Shown one piece after another: positions 39,791-49,021 of a stretch of DNA of 64,000 nucleotides (position 1 is the stretch's first letter; the number at the start of each line of letters is the position of its first letter). The translations under genes were made by a program, and so were the position numbers. The notes under the pieces were generated by a model, which saw only the letters and a list, made by a program, of their open reading frames with translations, searched no databases and was not told the origin of the DNA. This stretch comes from Candidatus Thorarchaeota archaeon (GTDB lineage: Archaea > Asgardarchaeota > Thorarchaeia > Thorarchaeales > Thorarchaeaceae): contig JAGSHN010000030.1 of assembly GCA_029855935.1 (NCBI GenBank), positions 1 to 64,000 of the forward strand, given 5' to 3'.

Positions 39791-40657
39791 GTGAGGGACT
39801 GGTGTTTGAAACAGAGAAGGCTAAGAGCCATCTTGGCAACTGTACTAGAAGCCGCTAGGGGATGGGAGAGAGGGAAATGGGTGCAAGCTGGCGGATTCCT
39901 CTTGGTCCTAGTTGCGGGCTTCCTTCGATTCAGTTCATTCCTGCTCATTGTTTCCCCTAGCGAGTACATCAATAACCTTGCTACAGAGAAACTGGAGGTT
40001 ATGCTCCTATCGGTCGGTGTCTTGTTGTATCTAGTAGGCTACGTGGTTACGGAAACTCCAGTTGAAGAACCACAAGAGGAAGAGCCGGAATTACCATCCA
40101 CAGAGCTGGAACCATATAGTGTGTCGGTGGAGTTTCTTGTTAGCAGAATTGATGCATTGGAAGATGTGCAAAACAATCTCCGGACTGGAGCAAGCATTCT
40201 CGCGGGTGTGTTCAGCGGGATAGCCATCTGGATGATGAATCTGGGCCGTCCACTGGTTCCTTTTGAAGGCGGGGTGACTTTGGCGTGCATACTCGCAGCG
40301 CTACTTTGCCTATGGGCCATTATTTCCTCCTTCAAACTTTGCAGAATTAGATTCCCGGCCGCCACGCTGAACGAGGACCTTCTTCCCGAGAATCAGTCTG
40401 AGGGCGTGTACAAGAAACAGCTTTGTGAAATGGTGAAGGAAAAGTTCAGAGTGGTCGAAGGCATTAAGAAAACTGTGGCATCCGCCGTCTTTTGGGTTAT
40501 CCTAGTCACAGGAGCCGTCTTCGATTGGAGCGGGATTCTAGCGCACCCGGCAACCTCGCTATGGGTTGACCATCTCGCGTACGTTGCAGCCTTTGCTATG
40601 GCTGCGGCAGTTCTGTTGTTCGCCCTTGTGGTCCTTGAGAGAATATACGTTGGCTAG
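39791..40657 (+). CDS. Membrane protein, C-terminal part Pycsar-effector-like (tentative)
   Basis: About 6 TM, acidic linker; many A/T-ending codons unlike flanking genes. Confidence 0.6.
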   Translation: MRDWCLKQRRLRAILATVLEAARGWERGKWVQAGGFLLVLVAGFLRFSSFLLIVSPSEYINNLATEKLEVMLLSVGVLLYLVGYVVTETPVEEPQEEEPELPSTELEPYSVSVEFLVSRIDALEDVQNNLRTGASILAGVFSGIAIWMMNLGRPLVPFEGGVTLACILAALLCLWAIISSFKLCRIRFPAATLNEDLLPENQSEGVYKKQLCEMVKEKFRVVEGIKKTVASAVFWVILVTGAVFDWSGILAHPATSLWVDHLAYVAAFAMAAAVLLFALVVLERIYVG

Positions 40658-40738
40658 CCCTTAATAGAGAATACTTCGCAGTGCCTACAGGCGATCACGG
40701 TCTACGCCCCCCCCGCACAATGCGATATCTTTTTAACG

Positions 40739-40756
40739 TATGAACATATGTTCATA
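40739..40756. promoter_or_regulatory. ArsR/SmtB-type operator palindrome
   Basis: Perfect 18-bp inverted repeat TATGAACAT-ATGTTCATA ending 15 nt before the ArsR gene, next to TTTTTAA. Confidence 0.8.
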
Positions 40757-40771
40757 TATTGAAGACTGGAG

Positions 40772-41095
40772 ATGAAGATAAGACTATTCGCACGCCGGGG
40801 TGACGACGTGCCCGACGATAGGGTCGTGTCACGCGTTGTCCAGATGTTCCGAGCGCTCGCAGACGAAACCCGGCTGAAGATACTCAGCCTGCTGGAGGGC
40901 GGTGACGAGTACGGGGTGACCGAGATTGCAGTGACGCTCGGACTGACGCAGAGTAATGTGAGTCATCACCTGAGCCGGCTTATGGACATGGGCTTTGTGT
41001 CCTACCGGCGCGAGGGCCGGTTCGTATACTACAGGATCTCGGACGAGTGCATCAAGGACATAATGAGGAGAGCAAGAGACCATGTCACATCATGA
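40772..41095 (+). CDS. ArsR/SmtB metalloregulator
   Basis: FRALADETRLKIL..QSNVSHHL..REGRFVYY; alpha5-like D..C and H residues. Confidence 0.92.
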   Translation: MKIRLFARRGDDVPDDRVVSRVVQMFRALADETRLKILSLLEGGDEYGVTEIAVTLGLTQSNVSHHLSRLMDMGFVSYRREGRFVYYRISDECIKDIMRRARDHVTS

Positions 41096-42995
41096 AGAGG
41101 GCGTGTACTGTACCTATTGTGCTACGCTTGAGGACCAAGAGGAGGAGTTCAACCCCAGAAGAGAGTATACACTCACGGCCATCGCGTCGGCCCTGCTGGC
41201 CAGCGCGGTGGTGGCGGACTTCATCATCAAGAATCTGCTAGTCGCCTACACGCTCTACATTGGCACGATGATAGTTGCAGGAAGAGCGATCATCCCGAAG
41301 GGGTTCAAGGGCCTGCTCAGGGTGCATCTCGACATCAACTTCCTGATGACATTTGCCGCACTCGCATCACTGATCATAGGTGCCCCGGCTGAGGGTGCGA
41401 CAGTGCTCCTGCTGTTCTCGGTCGCCGAGCTTCTTGAGGACATCGCAAATCAGAGGGTCAGGAGAGAGCTGGACGCGGTCATCAGTCTGAGGCCCCACGT
41501 CGCGACTGTCATCAGAGATGGTCGGCGCTACATCGTCCCGGTCGAGGAGGTGGCCGTTGGTGAGATAGTCGCTGTCCGGCCTGGAGAGAGGATCTCTGTT
41601 GATGGCGTTGTCGTCGAGGGTACGACCTACGTTGACGAGTCAGCAATCACTGGCGAGTCGGTCCCGGTTCCGAAGCAGCCGGGCGAGAGGGTCTATGCAG
41701 GGACTGTGAATCAGGCTGGCTATATCGAGATCAAGACGACAAAGAGCGCTGACGAGAGCGTGGTCGCAAGGATTGTCAGCCTCGTTGAGGAGGCGCAGAG
41801 GCACAAGTCTCGGACAGAGACCACCGTGGCACGTATCTCTCACAAGTACACGCCTCTGGTCGTGGCGGGGTCTATTCTTCTCGCACTGTTCAACTTCGCA
41901 CTTGGAGCCACACCGGCACAGGCCGTCTACAGAGGGCTGACACTGCTGGTGGCTGGCTGTCCGTGCGCATTCGCCATTGCCATCCCTGTGAGCATGGTGT
42001 CCTCCATCACGGGATATGCCCGAGAGGGCGTGCTCGTCAAGGGGTCCCGCCACGTCGAGACAATGGCGAGGACCGAGGTCGTCGCGCTGGACAAGACCGG
42101 CACACTGACCGAGGGCGCACTGTCTGTGAGCAACATATGCATTCACTCGGATGCAACCCCAGAGGAGGTCCTTGCAACGGCAGCCTCTCTTGAGCAGAAG
42201 TCCGAACACCCGATTGCTCAGGCGATACTGAGAAAAGCGGAGGAGAAAGGGGTGGCCATATCCGACGTCTCAGACTTTCAAGTCGTCCCGGGAATGGGAG
42301 TTGCGGGGACGATTCGTGGCGTTGAGTATGGTGCAGGAAACCTCAGACTGATCAAGCAGGAGAGAGTGGCCCTTCAGATGCCCGAAGACCACGAATGCGG
42401 TGATGGCTCACTGGTCTACGTATACCGTGGTGACCACCACCTCGGGACGATTGTGCTGAGCGACACCGAGCGTTCTGACAGTCCTGATGTCATTGCAGAG
42501 TTGAAGGAGATGGGAATCCGTGTCGTGATGCTCACGGGCGACAACAGAAAGACCGCGGAGATCGTCGCAGAGAGGCTCGGCATCGACGACGTCCACGCGG
42601 AGCTCCTCCCCGAGGACAAGGTCAACATCGTGAAGAAGATATCCCAGGACCACGTCGTGATGATGGTGGGCGACGGGATCAATGACGCTCCCGCCCTTGC
42701 AATGGCGGATGTCTCTGTGGCTGTTGCGGCGGCGACCAATGACGCAGCCATCGAGGCCGCTGATGTAGCCCTGATGAGAGGAGACATATCGTTGCTGCCA
42801 AGGATGATCCAGAAGGCACGCAGAACAATGGGCGTCATCCGTCACAATGTTGCCATTGCAATTGGGGCGAAGGCCTTCGTGGGACTCATGGCGGTCTTTG
42901 GCCTCGCGCCTCTCTGGTTCGCCGTTGCTGTGGGCGATATGGGTGTATCCTTTGTCGTCATAGCAAATGCCCTGAGACTGGCAAAGCGCACGTAG
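41082..42995 (+). CDS. Heavy-metal P1B-type ATPase (ZntA/CadA-like)
   Basis: TGES, CPC, DKTGT, SEHP, GDGIND; N-terminal HH..CTYC. Confidence 0.95.
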   Translation: MSHHEEGVYCTYCATLEDQEEEFNPRREYTLTAIASALLASAVVADFIIKNLLVAYTLYIGTMIVAGRAIIPKGFKGLLRVHLDINFLMTFAALASLIIGAPAEGATVLLLFSVAELLEDIANQRVRRELDAVISLRPHVATVIRDGRRYIVPVEEVAVGEIVAVRPGERISVDGVVVEGTTYVDESAITGESVPVPKQPGERVYAGTVNQAGYIEIKTTKSADESVVARIVSLVEEAQRHKSRTETTVARISHKYTPLVVAGSILLALFNFALGATPAQAVYRGLTLLVAGCPCAFAIAIPVSMVSSITGYAREGVLVKGSRHVETMARTEVVALDKTGTLTEGALSVSNICIHSDATPEEVLATAASLEQKSEHPIAQAILRKAEEKGVAISDVSDFQVVPGMGVAGTIRGVEYGAGNLRLIKQERVALQMPEDHECGDGSLVYVYRGDHHLGTIVLSDTERSDSPDVIAELKEMGIRVVMLTGDNRKTAEIVAERLGIDDVHAELLPEDKVNIVKKISQDHVVMMVGDGINDAPALAMADVSVAVAAATNDAAIEAADVALMRGDISLLPRMIQKARRTMGVIRHNVAIAIGAKAFVGLMAVFGLAPLWFAVAVGDMGVSFVVIANALRLAKRT

Positions 42996-42996
42996 A

Positions 42997-44574
42997 CTAT
43001 CTGTAGTTCAGCAGTGCTCTCGAGGCTCTGGACAGAAAGAACCAGACCGCTGCGAGGACAAACAGCGGAATCGCCAGAATCAGCAGCAGGCCTGAGACCT
43101 GAAGGACGAAGTAACCCAAGAGGCCCCCGAGTGCGAGATTGATCACGGGAAAGGCAAACACCAGGGGAATTGGTGGGCTTGAGGGCTCGTTCGTGAACAC
43201 GGGTATGTAGGCCCCGATCATTGTGCCCGTCGCGCAGAAGAGCGAGAGCAACGGAAGCGCCAGAACGACGAGCGACAGTACACCATCAAAAGTGACGAAG
43301 TACGCCAGCAGCAGAAGGGCTGGCACTGAGGCTATCAATGACTCGACAAGACTTCCAACAAACTTGGCGAGAACAACCGATGACCGCGGCAACGGGCTGA
43401 CCCGAAGCAGATAGATGTTCTCCCGTTCGTCCGAAAATGACAGCAGTGAAGTCGTGCTTGCAACGTGAAGGAATGCCATCTCGACCAGGAAGAACGCGTA
43501 TGGAATGAGGTTCCGTGTCGACACTGGAAGTGTTATTCTCGTAGCAGCATACGGGAAGACCACCCACAGTAGCACGGCGACGACAGAGGCACCAGCCGCA
43601 GAGACGTATTTCGCAAACTGTAGGGGAGAACGCATCCGCGTCCAGAAGTCCTTCAGGATGACCCACATCATTGGATCGCTGAACCGCGACTGCGAGAAGT
43701 CCACCTCGCCTCTGACCGCGCGCTCCAGTCTTGTTGGCCGGCTGACCGGGGTGGGACGTGCGATGTATCTCTCGTAGTCGCCTCTCTCGACGGACACCGT
43801 GACCACCAGGAACATTATGAGGAAGTCGATTCCGATCAGGCCCATCAGTGGCCACAGAAACTGAGTCTGAAGAATGCCAGCGGCCGACAGAGCGACAAGC
43901 GAGATCAGGCTGCTTGGCAAGAGAAGCCCCAGGACTGGGTTCGAGTTCGTAGCAGGATGGACAAGGGCAAGAGCAATGCAGCCCACGCAGACGTATACTG
44001 CCAGTCTCTTGAGACGACCCAGTCCACTTGCTCTGTGGCGTAGAGTGTACCCCAGCAATGACAGAAGGAAGACAAACTCGAGCAGCCCCAGCGCCCCGAG
44101 AACGGCAAGCGATATCTCACCGAGCGAGAGAGCCGTTCTGATGGTCATAGGATATAGAACCAGTACGATGATGAGGGCGATGGTCAGCTTTCGGAGTATT
44201 CGTCTGGCATATCGCGCTACAAAGATCTGGTGTGGTCCAACTGGTGCTGGCATCAAGGCGAACTCGTCCGGGGGCCTGAGAACAGAGGTCGTCCCTGAGC
44301 CGAACATCCCACTGATCAGCGATGAGGCCATCACCAAGCCAAGGACAGTAGCCACAGACTCGACGGTCAGATAGTCCCGAAGCAGAACGGGGACTGAGGC
44401 CAGCATACTACCCGCTGATGCGACCTGGCCAAGCACCCAGCTGATGAAGATTCCACCACACACCATCACCGCATAGAAACCTAGTAACGATGCGCTCTTC
44501 GCGGTCCTCCGCACACCATTGAGTACCTCGCGCATCTCCACGAAGACGAGTGCGTGAGTCTTCACTTTCCTCAC
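42997..44574 (-). CDS. ABC exporter permease
   Basis: About 12 TM in two ABC-2-like halves; coupled to the ABC ATPase. Confidence 0.75.
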   Translation of the reverse strand: MRKVKTHALVFVEMREVLNGVRRTAKSASLLGFYAVMVCGGIFISWVLGQVASAGSMLASVPVLLRDYLTVESVATVLGLVMASSLISGMFGSGTTSVLRPPDEFALMPAPVGPHQIFVARYARRILRKLTIALIIVLVLYPMTIRTALSLGEISLAVLGALGLLEFVFLLSLLGYTLRHRASGLGRLKRLAVYVCVGCIALALVHPATNSNPVLGLLLPSSLISLVALSAAGILQTQFLWPLMGLIGIDFLIMFLVVTVSVERGDYERYIARPTPVSRPTRLERAVRGEVDFSQSRFSDPMMWVILKDFWTRMRSPLQFAKYVSAAGASVVAVLLWVVFPYAATRITLPVSTRNLIPYAFFLVEMAFLHVASTTSLLSFSDERENIYLLRVSPLPRSSVVLAKFVGSLVESLIASVPALLLLAYFVTFDGVLSLVVLALPLLSLFCATGTMIGAYIPVFTNEPSSPPIPLVFAFPVINLALGGLLGYFVLQVSGLLLILAIPLFVLAAVWFFLSRASRALLNYR

Positions 44575-45488
44575 TCCTCCGGAATGCCACCTGTGAGCTC
44601 CAGAAAGACGTGCTCAAGGGTGCGCGCCCTGGGAAATCTCTCTCTGAGTTCGGTCAGTGTACCCCGGCCCACCACGTCACCCTCGTGCATTATCACGAAC
44701 CTGTCGCACAGGCCCTCGGCCACCTCAAGAATGTGGGTGGAGAGGAGGATTGCAGAGCCCGTGTCACGCAGGTGTCTGAGGTGCCGCTTTAGGCTCCAGG
44801 CTCCTCTGGGGTCGAGACCGTATATCGGCTCGTCAAGAAGAAGGACGTACGGCGGCGGTCTGACAAAGATCCCTGCAAGGAGAGTCCTCTGGAGATTGCC
44901 CTTTGAGAGAGAGCCAATGTACGAGTCCAGAAACTCATCGAGCTGCAGCATCCGAGAGAAACGACTTGTTCGGATGATGGCAATGTGTCTCGGCACACCA
45001 TAGATCTTGGCGACAAACGTCAGGTATTCGCGGACACGAAGATTCTCATAGCATGTGGGCCTCTCGGGTATGTAGCCCAGCACACGCTTGGTCTCCGTCG
45101 AGTCCTCTCTCATATCAACGCCGTTCACCATCACGCTGCCACTTGTCGGGCGGATTATCCCGGCGATGGCCCGGAGTGTTGTCGTCTTGCCGGCACCGTT
45201 CGGTCCCACGAGGCCGACAATCTCCCCCGGCCGCACAGTAAGGTCAAGACTCTTGACCGCTGTTGTCGCCCCATACCTCTTCCTGAGTCCAATGACTGAC
45301 ACAGCCGGGTCTGAGAGGGGTCGACCTGTCTGGGCAGGCCGAGGCAGTGAGTCAAGAGCCTCCCTCACAAGACCGCGCAGCTCGGTCACAGTGACGTAGC
45401 GCGTAGAGAGAGGGACGTTCACTGTCTGTGCGAGCCGGCGAAGATCCTCAGCTCGCATCATCTCCAATGTCTCATCGACTGTCTCCAC
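44571..45488 (-). CDS. ABC transporter ATP-binding protein
   Basis: GPNGAGKT, LSKG, LLLDEP, STH. Confidence 0.92.
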   Translation of the reverse strand: METVDETLEMMRAEDLRRLAQTVNVPLSTRYVTVTELRGLVREALDSLPRPAQTGRPLSDPAVSVIGLRKRYGATTAVKSLDLTVRPGEIVGLVGPNGAGKTTTLRAIAGIIRPTSGSVMVNGVDMREDSTETKRVLGYIPERPTCYENLRVREYLTFVAKIYGVPRHIAIIRTSRFSRMLQLDEFLDSYIGSLSKGNLQRTLLAGIFVRPPPYVLLLDEPIYGLDPRGAWSLKRHLRHLRDTGSAILLSTHILEVAEGLCDRFVIMHEGDVVGRGTLTELRERFPRARTLEHVFLELTGGIPEE

Positions 45489-46551
45489 GACGTTGAAGCC
45501 TCCGGCGTATCTTCCAGTATATCACGTACCACAACGGTACCTCTACGAGTTCTTCGCCCTCGGTGTGTTCGCGTTCAACACGGTAGGTGTTGAACCGCCA
45601 AGCAGCCAAGACGACCACGATCTGAAACAGGGGTACAGGCACAACTAGATATAGTATCTGACTGCTCGATATCAGAACCGCTGCTGCCCACGTGAAGTCT
45701 GGCAGCAGTGACAAGACCGTCACAAGCACAAGGAGAAGCGGACGGGATTCGTCCGACAGGAACAACCTGAGCTCCCTGACCACCAGCAGCATCAACACCA
45801 GGGTGATGGGTCCAAGGGGAGAGATCGCGGCCGCGCCAGCGGTGTAGGACAACGTCACAATCTTGGCGGCGCCAATGCTGTTCTCATAGTACCCAAGCCC
45901 CGCCCATAGTGAGAAGAAGACCAGCACACCAGGCCCAAGATGGGGGGCCTCAAGGAACATGAGGGAGCCGCTGAGAAAGAGAAGAACTCCGAGTAGCCGA
46001 CCAAGACTCACCACGGGAGCGGAAGAGGACATCTCGGTGTGTCTCAGGCGAAATCGTCCTCCAAGCCGAGATGGGATAACCCTCTGCGGAAAGGCCCTAT
46101 GAAGAACGGGCACCACAACCAGTGACCAGATCGCATAGGTACTCGTTCCGACAATCAGACCGAGAGTCTGAAACCCGAGTCCGCCTGCGTGTATCGTCTG
46201 CCTGAGCAGCGTGTATGCCAGAGCGAACAGACCAGTGAACATCAGCACTGCGACTACGCCGCCCATTCTCAGAGTCCTGTGTTCGCGGATACGACCGACA
46301 GCCAGTAGAGCCCAGAACACGAGAGCGGGAACCAAGAAGAGCAGCGTTAGCGCTAGGCCCCTCCAGTCCGGGACTCTCAGCGCAGGACGCTGAAGGTCCA
46401 GCACAAACTGGGTATCCAGTGTCACTAGCAGCCCATCAGGGCTTGACATCAAGTAGAGGCCGGTTGGAACAAGAAGAACAATCAGACCCCGGACACAGGC
46501 AGAGACAATCAGTCGGCTTCGGTCTGTGGCGCATGGCAGGCTCATCAGCAC
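45472..46551 (-). CDS. Multi-pass membrane protein
   Basis: About 9-10 hydrophobic segments; overlaps the ABC ATPase start. Confidence 0.7.
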   Translation of the reverse strand: MLMSLPCATDRSRLIVSACVRGLIVLLVPTGLYLMSSPDGLLVTLDTQFVLDLQRPALRVPDWRGLALTLLFLVPALVFWALLAVGRIREHRTLRMGGVVAVLMFTGLFALAYTLLRQTIHAGGLGFQTLGLIVGTSTYAIWSLVVVPVLHRAFPQRVIPSRLGGRFRLRHTEMSSSAPVVSLGRLLGVLLFLSGSLMFLEAPHLGPGVLVFFSLWAGLGYYENSIGAAKIVTLSYTAGAAAISPLGPITLVLMLLVVRELRLFLSDESRPLLLVLVTVLSLLPDFTWAAAVLISSSQILYLVVPVPLFQIVVVLAAWRFNTYRVEREHTEGEELVEVPLWYVIYWKIRRRLQRRGDSR

Positions 46552-46587
46552 ACCGTCTCCCGTTGCCTGTCAATCATCCTAACCCAC

Positions 46588-47325
46588 TTAAATTGTTGAT
46601 GCTAGGAGGTCGCTGGGCGGACTCAGATGTACGGGGATGTGGCCCAAGAGATGCAGACTCCACTCCCTCAGCTCAGTCCTCAGAGCAATGGCCTCAAGGC
46701 CCCTCCTGACCGAGTCTCGAAAGGAGTCGCCGAACGCGGGGTCGGTTGGATCATTAGGAGCAAAGGCGTGTGCGTCCGGTCTCTGTACGACAAACACGAC
46801 TGCCACACGTTCTGCAACGCGCTGCTCAAGTGCCCTGGCAAGGTCGCGCAGGTGTCGTGCCCCGCGTGCCGTGACAGCATCTGGGAACAGGGCCCAGCCC
46901 GACACCACAAGAGTACAGGACTTCACCTCGACGAGGAATCGACCGCTCGGCCCTGATAGGAGAAAGTCTGCACGCCCCTCAAAGAGTCTTGGTTCAGGGA
47001 TCACGGTTTCGTAGTCGCCAAACTCGGGGAGGAGTCGCTCTTCGAATACCTGCTTCATGAACCTGTTCGGAAGCAATGAGTCAATCGACACAAGGACACC
47101 GTCGTGTTCCACCGCGACAACCGTGAATCCTGTCTTCCGTAGGACCGCGTTCTCCCGGCGCACCCAGACTCTCTTTCCGGGAGTCATGAGCTCGTGCATA
47201 CGCCCGGGATTCGGAACGTATGCGTAGTGGCGTTCGCCGTCGACCAAGACCACCGCGAGGAATCTATTCGGCCGGGTGACAAACGTGGCCCGAAGATGCT
47301 CCGGGGTCTCATCTCTCTCCGTCAA
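46588..47325 (-). CDS. sfsA: DNA/RNA nuclease SfsA
   Basis: RPNRF, PNPGRM, RADF, VEVKSCTL, FPDAVTARGARHL. Confidence 0.92.
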   Translation of the reverse strand: MTERDETPEHLRATFVTRPNRFLAVVLVDGERHYAYVPNPGRMHELMTPGKRVWVRRENAVLRKTGFTVVAVEHDGVLVSIDSLLPNRFMKQVFEERLLPEFGDYETVIPEPRLFEGRADFLLSGPSGRFLVEVKSCTLVVSGWALFPDAVTARGARHLRDLARALEQRVAERVAVVFVVQRPDAHAFAPNDPTDPAFGDSFRDSVRRGLEAIALRTELREWSLHLLGHIPVHLSPPSDLLASTI

Positions 47326-47572
47326 GCAGAACACCCAATGGACCAAGGAAGGCCCTGCAGTGATTATTAATCCTCCCTCCCCACAGGAGCGTGACATCGC
47401 GTTCTTTCAACCCAAGAAGAAACATACTATCACCTCCCAAAAAGACCCAAATAGCAGTGGGCCGGATATTGGCACCGTAGGTGCCAACGTTTGCCAGTAG
47501 CTGCAGAGGGACCGCTACAGTCACCACCGAAGCAGTTGGACTGAAGGCCAATCGAGACGGGGAAGGACGGAT

Positions 47573-48838
47573 ATGGAGCACGGCAAGAGAACAGAGTTTC
47601 GGGAATGGCTTGAGTCAGAAGAGGCCGCCCTTGTGCCCTCAAATGAGCAGGTTCTTTTCATTCTGAACCGTTTCTCGGGCCTAGCGCCCTACACTCACGA
47701 GTTTGTTCCTGTCCAGAGCGACTCTCAGATTCTCTCCGGATTCGTGTCGGCGCTGGGTAGTTTCATGGGCGAGATGACGGGAAAGAGGGCTGGCCAGTGG
47801 AGAACGGTCTATGGGGAAGAGACAACAATGATTGTCGAGAATGGCGAGTGGGCCAGCGGGGTCCTCGCTGTCAGGAGAGACACAACTGAGGCAAGGAGCA
47901 AGTTGCGTGCGGTGGTGGAGGAGTTTGAGGTGACCTTTGAGACGTTGCGGGACTCTGACGATATTCAGGGGTCCCTCTTCTACGACTTCGACGGGTTTGT
48001 GAAGCGGATCTTCACCAGCGACAAGATATCTGCAAGAACCCTGATTGCGGGCATTGACAGGTCACGTCCGCTGTCTGAACAGTTGACGCCCAGTATGAGG
48101 TTCAAGGTCACAAGCTTCTTGGAGCAAGTCACAGAGTGGCAGTCTGTGTCTGAGGCTGCGGCCAACCAGGGGATTCCTGTAGACGAGGCGATTGACATAG
48201 TGGCAGCAGCCTATTGGGATCGACTGGTGACCATACTTGAGGTCCCAAGCGACGAGGATATCCTCGCCCCTTCACAGGATTCGCGGAGCATAGTGTTTGC
48301 AGCTGGCAATCCGTTTGCCCTCTCGCCTGACACGCTGCGATTCATAGGCGCCCTGGACGGTCGACACACTGTGCGGCAGATGTTTCAATCCCTTCAGGTA
48401 GAATCGGAAGAGGCAGTTCTTCTGGAACTGGGCTATCTATTGAATCACGGAATCCTACAGAGGATCTCTGTCGAGGGGAAGCTCTCACTTGTGATCGAGT
48501 GTATGGCAAACCGTGCTATGCGAGTTATCGTGGAGCGTACGGGATTTGAAGATGCAAAGAAGATACTGGATGAGATAGTGAGAGAGAACGTCGGACGAAT
48601 CCCCTGGATATCCTATGTTCGCATATCTGAAGAGGAGGGGATATTCTATCCCCGAGAGTCGTCTCTCGACCCTCGCGACATCGACCAGATTGCCGATGCG
48701 CTTGAGTGTGTCGCAGCAGGGATAATCCCTGTCGCAGCCGCAGTCCTTCACGAGAACGATGAGCAGACCCTGAGGTCAAAGATGCAGAGTGAGTGCGAGA
48801 AGCGGCTCCAAGGAATCCTCTCAAACATCGTGATGTAG
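47573..48838 (+). CDS. Longin-like + winged-helix protein, paralogue of 17666..18919
   Basis: LFILNRFSGL..DSQILSGFVSALGSF; LDGRHTVRQM; start may be 47633. Confidence 0.7.
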   Translation: MEHGKRTEFREWLESEEAALVPSNEQVLFILNRFSGLAPYTHEFVPVQSDSQILSGFVSALGSFMGEMTGKRAGQWRTVYGEETTMIVENGEWASGVLAVRRDTTEARSKLRAVVEEFEVTFETLRDSDDIQGSLFYDFDGFVKRIFTSDKISARTLIAGIDRSRPLSEQLTPSMRFKVTSFLEQVTEWQSVSEAAANQGIPVDEAIDIVAAAYWDRLVTILEVPSDEDILAPSQDSRSIVFAAGNPFALSPDTLRFIGALDGRHTVRQMFQSLQVESEEAVLLELGYLLNHGILQRISVEGKLSLVIECMANRAMRVIVERTGFEDAKKILDEIVRENVGRIPWISYVRISEEEGIFYPRESSLDPRDIDQIADALECVAAGIIPVAAAVLHENDEQTLRSKMQSECEKRLQGILSNIVM

Positions 48839-49021
48839 TCCCAACCAATCCCTGTCGGGTCCGTGTGTCCGGACATCGAGAAGACGCAGGGCTTAAATGG
48901 CGCTCTGCACTCAAGTCTATTTCTGGTTGGGCCACCCTGAGAGGCTATGGGGAACTGTGGGCGTAGACTCTGAACAACACCGGGTGAAGACTGGAAGATC
49001 AAGTCTAGTGGCGGGACACCT

